NCBI RefSeq assembly: GCF_018336915.1
Contig: NZ_CP064925.1
Coordinates: 1-32,000 of the forward strand
Origin: Acaryochloris marina S15
GTDB lineage: Bacteria; Cyanobacteriota; Cyanobacteriia; Thermosynechococcales; Thermosynechococcaceae
Direction of reading: 5' to 3'
DNA: 32,000 nt
The translations under genes were made by a program, and so were the position numbers. The notes beneath the pieces are model-generated. The model saw nothing but the letters and a program-made list of their open reading frames with translations, was not told the DNA's origin and searched no databases. Shown here piece by piece: positions 1-8,153 of the stretch. The first letter of the stretch is position 1. The number at the start of each line of letters is the position of its first letter.

Positions 1-820
1 GGAGACAAGGTCAAAACCGAGTATTTTGGCAACTATTGGTGATGTTAATACCGATCTATACACTTATCAAACTTTGTATTGGGTTGGCAGACTCCATCAG
101 GCCCTGCTGTCCGATCAGTTTCAGCTATACGCTCAACCGATTCATTCCCTCAAGGGTCAACCAGAAATCAAGGGATATGAAATACTGCTACGCTTAAACG
201 ACCAGCAAGGAATTTCTTCCCCTGGAATGTTTTTACCAATGGTAAAACAGTATGACTTTATGACCCAGATTGATCAGTGGGTGATTGAGCACCTGCTACG
301 AGCGCTTTCAAAAAGGCAAGCCAAGAATCAAGATAAATCCTCATTCTTCATCACTCTATCTGCTGCTACTTGTAAAAGCGGAAGAATCTCTGATTATATC
401 CAGCAGCAATTAAGCAGATATGATTTTCCTGCTGAACGGGTTACTTTCCTCATCTCAGAAACCACTGCATTGAAGCATCTATCCAAAACAACAACCCTGT
501 GCAACTCACTTAAAGCTTTGGGCTGTCACATCGCATTGAATGATTGCGGGAGTGATATCTCAGCCTTTAGCCAACTAAGGACGATTGGGGCAAATTACGT
601 GAAAATTGATGGCAGTTTAGTCGAAGGCATCACCACTGATCCTGTCATTCAAGAAATTGTGGCATCGATACAGGAAGTAGCCAAAGTCATGAAGATGCAA
701 ACAATTGCTGAGCAGGTTGAATCATATTCCACCCTTAAAGCACTATCAGAATTAGGGATAGATTATGCTCAAGGACATTGTTATGAACGAGCAACACCAC
801 TCAAACAAATCCTAACGTAA
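1..820 (+). CDS. EAL-domain protein, C-terminal part (5' end lies outside the window); c-di-GMP phosphodiesterase-like, possibly degenerate
   Basis: The frame is open from base 2. The translation carries EAL-family blocks: YAQPIHSL...GYEILLRL (EIL in place of EAL), ISETTAL, ALNDCGSDIS (DDFG position reads NDCG), YVKIDGSLV, IAEQVES, YAQGHCY. Confidence 0.8.
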   Translation, partial: ETRSKPSILATIGDVNTDLYTYQTLYWVGRLHQALLSDQFQLYAQPIHSLKGQPEIKGYEILLRLNDQQGISSPGMFLPMVKQYDFMTQIDQWVIEHLLRALSKRQAKNQDKSSFFITLSAATCKSGRISDYIQQQLSRYDFPAERVTFLISETTALKHLSKTTTLCNSLKALGCHIALNDCGSDISAFSQLRTIGANYVKIDGSLVEGITTDPVIQEIVASIQEVAKVMKMQTIAEQVESYSTLKALSELGIDYAQGHCYERATPLKQILT

Positions 821-1842
821 TTTCTTTTCTTACTAAGAACTCTCCCTTCGTCAATGAAAAGTGAGACATCAATAGAGCAATCAATTTTTTATCCATAAAA
901 ACTAACCACGTTGTTTAGCAGCATCCCTGTTGATTGGACGGAAGGTGGAACTTCTGCATTCCTCTGGTTTGCCAGGAACTGCTTCCAAGCCGCAGTAATA
1001 GTGGAAGGTGCAACACCAACAAGCATTGCTAACAAGTTATTTGGAATTCTTTGGATCTCTTCCAGACTGAACTGTTGGCTAAACATTACTAATATAGCGA
1101 TTCCCCTATTGAGGGGGGAGCTGATCTCACAGATTTCCTTTAATTGTTCAATGTTCTTTATCCGATTCTGAAAGCACTGAAGCGCATCTCGTCAGTTTTA
1201 GGAATTTCATATTCAACTGCTCCTAATACATGGATACTGATACATTCTGGGGTCAAATGGACCTCCAATAGCTGCACCAGGGCCAATGTACTCTGCATAG
1301 TATTTCTTTTGGAGAATAACACCTGTTTGTTGATGATTCACAATCGACCATAGATGTCCGTTCTGTAGGATTTCAATAGATAGATGCTCTCGCATATTTG
1401 GAGAAGCTACTTATGTTGTGACATAAGTGAAATAATGAATAAATGCTAGAAATATGAATTTTTAGGAGTAAGATACTTTGACTATTATCATCAGAGTTAT
1501 ATTTATTCTAGTAAAGATTAGAATAGGATATTACTTGTCTGTTCAATGTATCTATAGCCATCATAATATTGACTATTATTTTTTCATCCGTAATAATACG
1601 GCAAAATAAATTTTAATTAATATATAATTCAGTACTAATAAGCTCTATACAAAGTATACATATGAATAGTATGAAAGCCTTTACTGTTGCTTAAGTGCAG
1701 CTATTTAATGGATTATTTTGTGATATTTATAACTTATACATCGCAATAGATTTATGCTTGTCGTTACCTGACAGAAGTCTTTCTATGAGTTTAAAAAATC
1801 TTAGACTAAATACAATTTTTACAACTAGACTAGATTGAAGAT

Positions 1843-2832
1843 CTACATCTGAATAGGTTGGAAAAAGTGAAGGCAATTGCGACCTTGTTCCTTGGCCATA
1901 TATAGAGATTGATCTGCCAGTTCAATTAATTGAGAGGGAGCGATTTCTTTCTTTGGAATAACACTGGCTACCCCTAAACTGAGACTATCCAATGACCCAC
2001 TGAGGAAGATATATGAGGAATATGGAGTGCTTCAATTTCTGCTCTGATGGCCTCTGCAACATGGACAGCCCCCGATTGATCTGTGTTAGGTAACACTACT
2101 GCAAATTCTTCCCCACCATACCGAGCCACACAGTCTGCTGGCCGCTTGGCAACTGTCTTAATAGCATGGGCTACTGCTGTAAACAGTGATCTCCAGCCGG
2201 GTGACCATAGGTATCGTTATAGGCCTTAAAGTGATCGACATCGCATAGGATTAAAGAAAGGGGTTGCCCTTCCCGCATTAATCGGACCCACTCAGACATA
2301 AATACTGTGTCAAATCGACGTCGGTTGCTAAGCTTAGTCAAGCTGTCTATTACAGCAATATTTTCAAGTTTACGGTTTGCTATTGTTAACTCTTTGGAGA
2401 TTTTTTTCAAAGATTCGTTCTTCTCTCTCAATTCTGAGCGTAAATTTTGTCGTTCTAGAGCGAATTGAATTGAACAACATAATACAGTGGCGTCAAAATG
2501 TCCTTTGAATAGACAATCTTGTGCTCCATGCTGCAATAGGTGAAGTGCTTGCAATGGGTCCAGATTGCCACTGAGAATAATCAGAGGCATTTCAGGGAAG
2601 GTCAGCTGAATTTGTTGAAATGCTTCTAGGCCATGGGCATCAGTTAAAGATAGATCAAGGAGTATGAGGTCGAAGGCAGGATGATGGTGAAGTCGAGCTA
2701 TCCTTCTGCCAATGTCTTCTATGTTCAAGAGTAGCGGAAAAAACTGTGACGGCCCTCCAGTAATTCTTTGATGATTTCAACATCTTGTTTATCATCTTCA
2801 ATCATCAAAATCCGAGTATCACCAATCTGCAT
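1843..2832 (-). pseudogene. Response-regulator receiver + GGDEF diguanylate cyclase, disrupted by three frameshifts
   Basis: ATG at 2832 gives MQIGDTRILMIEDDKQDVEIIKELLEG, then a stop. The reading continues in the frame of ORF 2171..2728 (DLILLDLSLTD...LILCDVDHFKAYNDTYGHPAGDHCLQQ). It continues again in a third frame (VAHAIKTVAKRPADCVARYGGEEFAVVLPNTD...) and then a further shift (SLSLGVASVIP...LYMAKEQGRNCLHFFQPIQM, stop 1843-1845). The shifts lie near the A6 run at 2738-2743, near 2171 and near 1985-1990. Confidence 0.8.
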
Positions 2833-3117
2833 CGCCTTACTCCCTATTCTTTTTAGACAATGGCACATGCATATTAAGTATGAACTCAAAAAAATTTGTT
2901 AATTCCATAATGTTTCTCATCTCTCAGAATAATGTCTGCATATCTATAGTGAATTGAAAATTAACAGAAAATACAACTAATGATGAAGTAAAGATTCAGT
3001 TAAGATCTTCTGTGCTATTGCTACTGTTATTCAATAAATTGATGCTTTACTAATCATGCTAAGTATCTTATATTCTTAGTCCTAAAATTAACCTCAATAA
3101 CTAATAAGAATTGACTT

Positions 3118-3221
3118 GATACCAATTAGTACCTAAGAGTATAATTTTAATTATTTGCTAACCCAACTCAGTATTGGGTTTCACGAGTTTGAGAGTTACA
3201 CCTTCAGGCACAGCTTGGTAT
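3118..3221 (+). repeat. About 104-bp MITE-like repeat, copy 1 (family A)
   Basis: About 90% identical by eye to the reverse complement of 17428..17531. The boundaries are sharp and the flanks are unrelated. The termini are inverted (GATACCAA...TTGGTAT). There is an internal hairpin AACCCAActcagtaTTGGGTT. Confidence 0.7.
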
Positions 3222-3490
3222 AAGCTACAAATACCTAGCCTATAAAAACTCTATTTAAATTTAATGTTCGTCAATTAACTAACATCAAGAAGAGATGTTT
3301 TCTGTTAATTTTTTATTCACATAAGAAATATAATTGCATTATTGCTTGGAGGCAATGAAATAGATTTGCCGAAAATGTTCTTTACTTCATTCGATTGTCG
3401 TTTAATTTAGGTAGATGCTGGAAGTTAGTTGTTTTCTATAACGGGCATATTAATAAGAAGTAGTTTAGATGGAACTAATTTAGTGCATCG

Positions 3491-5908
3491 ATGATTGGGA
3501 CAACATCTTCTACAAAAGTTCAGCATTTTCTTGTTATTGAAGATGAATTAGGGAAGCGTACAATTCCACTACTGGAAACGACTTGTTCTATTGGCCGAGA
3601 TCCCAGCAACTCGATTGTGATTCAATCACCATCAGCATCTCGTCAGCATGCTTTACTGATGAGGGTCACGATGCCTGATACCGATAGCCACATGTTTCGC
3701 TTGATTGATGGAAACCTCCAAGGTAAACGCAGTAAGAATGGTTTGAAAGTTAATGACCATACTTGTACCACACATGATTTGAATCATGGTGATGAAGTCA
3801 TTTTTGGCGAGGATGTGCGGGCCAGATATTACATGACGAACAATATCGCTGATGTGCATTTTCTAGAGTCTTGTGCTGCTGATGAAGTCACGGGCTTTTT
3901 GTCTAATCTTCATAATCCAATGCAGACCTTAACGCAATCAGGTGAGGTACTTGCTAGCTTTAATGAGGCTGCTATTGTCCGTTTAGCATCTTTCCCAGAG
4001 CTCTTTTCTAACCCCATCATCGAAATTAACTTAAAAGGCAAAACTACTTATTTAAATCCCGCTGCCGTAGCCCAATTCCCTCAACTACGGGATCTTCAAT
4101 CTAAACACCCAATATTGGAGGGGTTAGTCACATTAATTGCCAAGGATCATGAAAAGTTTTTTGTTAGAGAAGTAGAAATAGGAACCCAAGTTTTTGAGCA
4201 ATCCGTTCACTTTATTGCTGAGAGTGATCTGATTCGAAGTTATATCGTTGATATTACAGAACGAAAGTTAACGGAAGCGGCTTTGAATGATAGTGAGCGC
4301 CGATTTCGGGCTATTTTCAATCAAACCTTTCAGTTCTCAGGTCTTTTGAAGCCTAATGGTATTTTGTTGGAGGCTAATCAAACTGCTCTGGAGTTTGGTG
4401 GTCTCCATTTAGAAAATGTGATCAATTGTCCACTCTGGGAAACTCGATGGTGGACCAATTCAACAGAGACTCAAAGTCGGCTCCAGAATGCTGTATTGGA
4501 GGCGGCTAAGGGAAAGTTCGTTCGGTATGAGGTGGATGTACTTGGAGCCAAGGACAAGGTGACAACCATCGATTTTTCTTTAAAGCCCGTCCGTGATGAA
4601 CTCGGTGTTGTCGTGTTGCTGATTTTCGAAGGTCGAGATATCAGCTATCACAAGCAAGTTGAAGCAGACTTACAGCAGGCACATAGCGAACTTGAGTTAA
4701 GAGTGCAACAACGAACAGCTGAGCTCAAGCAGAGTAATGAGCAATTAAGAAGCGAAATTGGTGAACGTGAGCGTGCCGAAACAGCTTTGCAATCGAGTGT
4801 TGCCACTAATCGGGCCTTGATCAATGCAATGCCCGATTGGATGTTTCGCATTAATAGGGATGGTATTTTCGTCAATTATAAAGATGCCTTGAACACCAAG
4901 TTCCCCCTTCCAACTGAAGAGTTTTTAGGTCAGTCCCTAGAAAGGATCTTTTGCCAAGACACGGCACAACCGTTTTTTGACTGTATTCAAGCAGCATTTA
5001 CCACTAAGGAGATGCAGCTACTCGAATATCAACTGGAGTCTGAGAGTAACCTTTGCTTTTTTGAAGCTCGGATTGTAGTGAGTGCCGAGAATGAAGTGAT
5101 GGCTGTAATTCGCGATATCACTGACCGCAAACGGGCTGAAGACGATATCCGCACAGCCCTGACCAAGGAACGGGAACTCAACGAACTCAAGTCTCGCTTT
5201 GTCGCTATGACCTCCCATGAGTTTAGAACCCCCTTGGCAACTATTTTGTCTTCGGCGGAGCTGTTGGAGCATTATGGCCACAAGTGGGACGATACTCGGA
5301 AGCTCAAGCACTTGAAACAAATTCAACAATCTGTAGAACATATGACAGGCCTGTTAAATGATGTGCTTCTACTGGGTAAAGCAGAATCAGGGAATCTCGC
5401 CTTTAAACCCATCCACATGCACCTAACAGATTTTTGCAGAGGTCTAGTAGAAGAGCTGCAGATTACTACGAATACTCATGAGATTGTATGCCAGTTGCAA
5501 GAACAAACTACAGAACTACATATGGATGAGAAATTGCTTCGGCATATCTTTACGAATTTACTCTCTAATGCAATTAAATACTCCCCCCAAGGAGGACGAA
5601 TAGATTTTGGTTTGGCCTTTGAAAATGACTATGCAATCTTCAATGTCCAAGATCATGGTTTAGGGATTCCCCAAACGGAGTGTGATCGCGTTTTTAATTC
5701 CTTTAATCGGGCCAGCAATGTTGGCAATATTTCAGGGACAGGATTGGGGTTGGCTATCGTGAAACGTTCTGTTGATTTGCATGGGGGTGAAATCTCACTC
5801 ACTAGTCAAGAAAAGGTCGGAACCACCTTTACTGTACGACTGCCAGTAGGGGGAATTAACGGGATTGGGGAAAACAAATTTCAAATGACGTTCCAGCCTC
5901 TCGCTTGA
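3491..5908 (+). CDS. FHA-domain / multi-PAS sensor histidine kinase
   Basis: 805-aa ORF. The N-terminus is FHA-like (CSIGRDPSNSIVIQSPSASRQHALL...NGLKVNDH...HDLNHGDEVIFG). PAS modules follow, flanked by DITERK/DITDRK and a coiled coil. The HisKA H-box is MTSHEFRTPLATI. The HATPase has an N-box (LLSNAIKYSP) and a G-box (GTGLGLAIVKRSVDLHGGEI). Confidence 0.9.
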   Translation: MIGTTSSTKVQHFLVIEDELGKRTIPLLETTCSIGRDPSNSIVIQSPSASRQHALLMRVTMPDTDSHMFRLIDGNLQGKRSKNGLKVNDHTCTTHDLNHGDEVIFGEDVRARYYMTNNIADVHFLESCAADEVTGFLSNLHNPMQTLTQSGEVLASFNEAAIVRLASFPELFSNPIIEINLKGKTTYLNPAAVAQFPQLRDLQSKHPILEGLVTLIAKDHEKFFVREVEIGTQVFEQSVHFIAESDLIRSYIVDITERKLTEAALNDSERRFRAIFNQTFQFSGLLKPNGILLEANQTALEFGGLHLENVINCPLWETRWWTNSTETQSRLQNAVLEAAKGKFVRYEVDVLGAKDKVTTIDFSLKPVRDELGVVVLLIFEGRDISYHKQVEADLQQAHSELELRVQQRTAELKQSNEQLRSEIGERERAETALQSSVATNRALINAMPDWMFRINRDGIFVNYKDALNTKFPLPTEEFLGQSLERIFCQDTAQPFFDCIQAAFTTKEMQLLEYQLESESNLCFFEARIVVSAENEVMAVIRDITDRKRAEDDIRTALTKERELNELKSRFVAMTSHEFRTPLATILSSAELLEHYGHKWDDTRKLKHLKQIQQSVEHMTGLLNDVLLLGKAESGNLAFKPIHMHLTDFCRGLVEELQITTNTHEIVCQLQEQTTELHMDEKLLRHIFTNLLSNAIKYSPQGGRIDFGLAFENDYAIFNVQDHGLGIPQTECDRVFNSFNRASNVGNISGTGLGLAIVKRSVDLHGGEISLTSQEKVGTTFTVRLPVGGINGIGENKFQMTFQPLA

Positions 5909-6015
5909 CAGTTATGGTACCTGAAATCTGTTTTGTTAAGGTGTTAAGCATCCGTAAGCCCAAAGTGTGGGATCTTGCAACGTTCAGGTTAGCGGGTAAA
6001 CCAATACCGCTATCG

Positions 6016-6330
6016 AAAATTTTCCACCTGTAAATGTTTCCGGGTTAACTTGCCAAGCCTGAGTTTTGGAGGTTTTACAATGGTTTCACTCCACTCAGAT
6101 TGGAAGGCATCTCTTTTTGTCAAAGTCAAAATTGTACTCAGTGATGACTACGGCAATGTCTTACCAGCAAGTTTCGCCAGAAGAATAAGGGGATAAGCTA
6201 GTCTGAACGAGTAACTCGCGCCTTAACTGTACTGAGAACTGCGGAACTAAATGGCCAATAGCAGCAGCTCTGGCTCCCTCAAACCAATGCAGAGTAAGTG
6301 AACCCGGAATAATTTACAGGTGGGATTTTT
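6016..6330. mobile_element. About 315-bp non-coding element bounded by 33-bp imperfect terminal inverted repeats (MITE or IS remnant candidate)
   Basis: 6016-6049 (aaaattttccacctgtaaatgtttccgggttaac) matches the reverse complement of 6298-6330 (gtgaacccggaataatttacaggtgggattttt) at 27 of 33 positions. No ORF of 60 aa or more lies inside. Confidence 0.4.
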
Positions 6331-6516
6331 CTAAGCTGTGTCGCCAACCAAGCAACTTATTTGGGTGAATGTGCTGACGCCATTTGAACAGTTTAGGGGT
6401 TAGGGAGAGATGCCTAGGAGATTCAGATGGGTCAGCAGGGAGCGTTCTATAGGGGTGGGGTTTATATTGAGAAATAAGGGTATTTGGTGAACAATGATTT
6501 CTGAAGGTAGAAAGAC

Positions 6517-6960
6517 ATGGTTAGGGCTTTACTCAGGTTTGGTTCTGGGGATTTCGACTTACTTGAGATTTTGCGGAGAGGGCCAGATGCTTGGAACCAG
6601 TGGCGTGAGAAAAATCCTAATCAGGAGATAAATCTCAGTGGTGCAAAACTCAACGGTGCCAATCTCCACAGTGCCGACCTCCACAATGCAAAACTAAGCA
6701 GTGCAAAACTCAACGGTGCCGATCTCCGCAGTGCCGACCTTAGCGATGCAAAGCTCAACGATGCGAACCTCACCCGTGCAAAACTAAGCAGTGCAAAACT
6801 GAACAATGCGAACCTCGTTGGTGCCAACCTTTTTGGTGCCCACCTCTTCAATACTGATTTCACGAATGTCAACCTCAGACGTGCCGAACTATTCGGTGCT
6901 ATTGTTTTTGAAGAAACTAAGATTGATCCTAAATGGCTTCCTAAACCTCATCCAAGATGA
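6517..6960 (+). CDS. Pentapeptide-repeat protein
   Basis: 147-aa ORF. The N-terminus reads ...AWNQWREKNPNQEINLSG, followed by about 20 consecutive A(D/N)LXX pentapeptides (GAKLNGANLHSADLHNAKLSSAKLNGADLRSADLSDAKLNDANL...). Confidence 0.9.
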   Translation: MVRALLRFGSGDFDLLEILRRGPDAWNQWREKNPNQEINLSGAKLNGANLHSADLHNAKLSSAKLNGADLRSADLSDAKLNDANLTRAKLSSAKLNNANLVGANLFGAHLFNTDFTNVNLRRAELFGAIVFEETKIDPKWLPKPHPR

Positions 6961-7112
6961 GATCTGGAGTTTTTAGATCTTGGGTGTTTTTGCATAGATT
7001 CTTTTCGGGGCTTATGCGAAATACCTTCTATATATCAACAGTTTTGATTCTTTTGATTAATTCTCAGTAAAAAAGGGCTCTTGTCCTCTTTTGTCGTCAT
7101 AAAAAGTTATTT

Positions 7113-8153
7113 TTAACGTCTTTCTCTAGCTTTTTGCATAGCAATTTCAGCATTTTTCAAAGTAATATCAACCACATCATCAGCTGCCTGACCATAGCCA
7201 ACACCAATGCTACCTGTGATAGTGATTTCATGATCTTGAATTGCAAAAGGCTGTTCAAGGCAAAATAACACTTTCTCCACAAATAAATCTACCTGTTTTT
7301 CATCTGTTAATTTGCTAAAAAGAATAGCAAATTGATCTCCTCCTAAACGAGCTAACATATCGTCGGGATTGATTACCTCCTGTAGCTTTACAGCTAATTG
7401 TTTCAATAGTTCATCCCCAACACAGTAGCCAAAAGAGTAATTAACCTCTCTAAAGTGATCGCAATCGATATAGAGCACGGCGAATTTATAAGATTTATCC
7501 ATCTTGGCTAAAAATAGAGACTGTTCCAAACGCTTCAAGAATGAAGCTCTATTGGGGATATTTGTGAGTAGGTCATAATGACTTGTTTCTAATAAGCGGG
7601 TGTTCGAAAGTTTCAATTTACTATTCTGCTCAATGACCCATTCTTGGAGTTGGTTATTCAAACCCAGGATTTTTTCTTGAGCTGATTTTAATAAAAGCTG
7701 ATTATGCACCCGTGCTAATACTTCTTCAACTTGAAAAGGTTTTGTGAGATAGTCTACCCCTCCCACATCAAAGGCTTTGACTTTATCTAAGGGATCGTCT
7801 AAAGCACTAAGGAAAATAATGGGAATATTTGCTGTTTGGGGATTCCGTTTTAGTTGAACACAAACTTCATACCCATTTAGATCTGGCATGAGGATATCTA
7901 ATAGGATTAAATCGGGTAGGAGAGAGTCTACAGAGTTTAACGCCATTTCACCACCCGTTGCTTTTCGAACAGAATAGCCCTGAATAGACAACATGCTAGA
8001 GAGCAACCGCAGATTTTCTAACGTGTCGTCGACAATCAGAATCTCACTGGGAAGTAATTGGGTGGCTGGACTGGAGAGATCCATATTCAGATTAGTATGG
8101 AGTTCATTCATGGTTGGTTTTAAAGTGCGATGGGTCAAATTTGGTTGCATCAT
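7113..8153 (-). CDS. Response regulator (REC) fused to a GGDEF domain with a GGDQF signature
   Basis: REC: ILIVDDTLENLRLL...DLILLDILMPDLNGYEV...IIFLSAL...DYLTKPF. The GGDEF domain: DLLTNIPNRASF...LYIDCDHFREVNYSFGYCVGDELL...LARLGGDQFAILF. Its ATG overlaps the upstream kinase stop by 4 nt (ATGA). Confidence 0.9.
   Translation of the reverse strand: MMQPNLTHRTLKPTMNELHTNLNMDLSSPATQLLPSEILIVDDTLENLRLLSSMLSIQGYSVRKATGGEMALNSVDSLLPDLILLDILMPDLNGYEVCVQLKRNPQTANIPIIFLSALDDPLDKVKAFDVGGVDYLTKPFQVEEVLARVHNQLLLKSAQEKILGLNNQLQEWVIEQNSKLKLSNTRLLETSHYDLLTNIPNRASFLKRLEQSLFLAKMDKSYKFAVLYIDCDHFREVNYSFGYCVGDELLKQLAVKLQEVINPDDMLARLGGDQFAILFSKLTDEKQVDLFVEKVLFCLEQPFAIQDHEITITGSIGVGYGQAADDVVDITLKNAEIAMQKARERR

Noticed and set aside
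889-1395. Minus-strand ORFs 1213..1395 and 889..1086, plus a short piece between them in the third frame. The last part is HTH-like (LLAMLVGVAPSTITAAWKQF). Possibly a frameshifted small gene or a toxin-antitoxin relic.
   Set aside because: No family was recognised for any piece and each is short. The three-frame continuity could be coincidental in AT-rich DNA. It is not reported as a feature.
3653-5341. Minus-strand ORFs 3653..3859, 4648..4875 and 5018..5341 inside the FHA-PAS kinase gene. Comparable internal or antisense ORFs occur in the hybrid kinase (7993..8262, 8363..8713, 8599..8865, 9166..9369), in clpC (14378.., 14639.., 15144.., 16382..) and in the transposases (12596..12787, 30992.., 31284..).
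   Set aside because: Each is fully nested in a long gene with strong domain evidence on the other strand or frame. None has a recognisable motif.
6641-6800. Regular 60-nt periodic repeats (gtgcaaaactcaacggtgcc... at 6641 and 6701). Similar 69-nt periodic repeats occur at about 22230-22440 and 30070-30280. Both looked CRISPR-like at first glance.
   Set aside because: The units abut without unique spacers and lie inside ORFs that encode pentapeptide and leucine-rich repeats. They are coding tandem repeats, not CRISPR arrays.
6621-6872. 83-aa minus-strand ORF inside the pentapeptide-repeat gene. Similar antisense ORFs lie opposite the rbp genes (13162..13362, 27738..28016, 27760..27990) and the LRR genes (22235..22489, 30076..30330).
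   Set aside because: They are mirror images of repetitive or biased coding sequence on the other strand. Their products are low-complexity with no motifs, and the sense-strand genes have clear family signatures.
7273-7281. An isolated one-mismatch DnaA-box-like 9-mer (TTCTCCACA) inside the REC-GGDQF gene.
   Set aside because: Several single one-mismatch matches are expected by chance in 32 kb. Only the clustered, phased set at 27353-27458 is reported.
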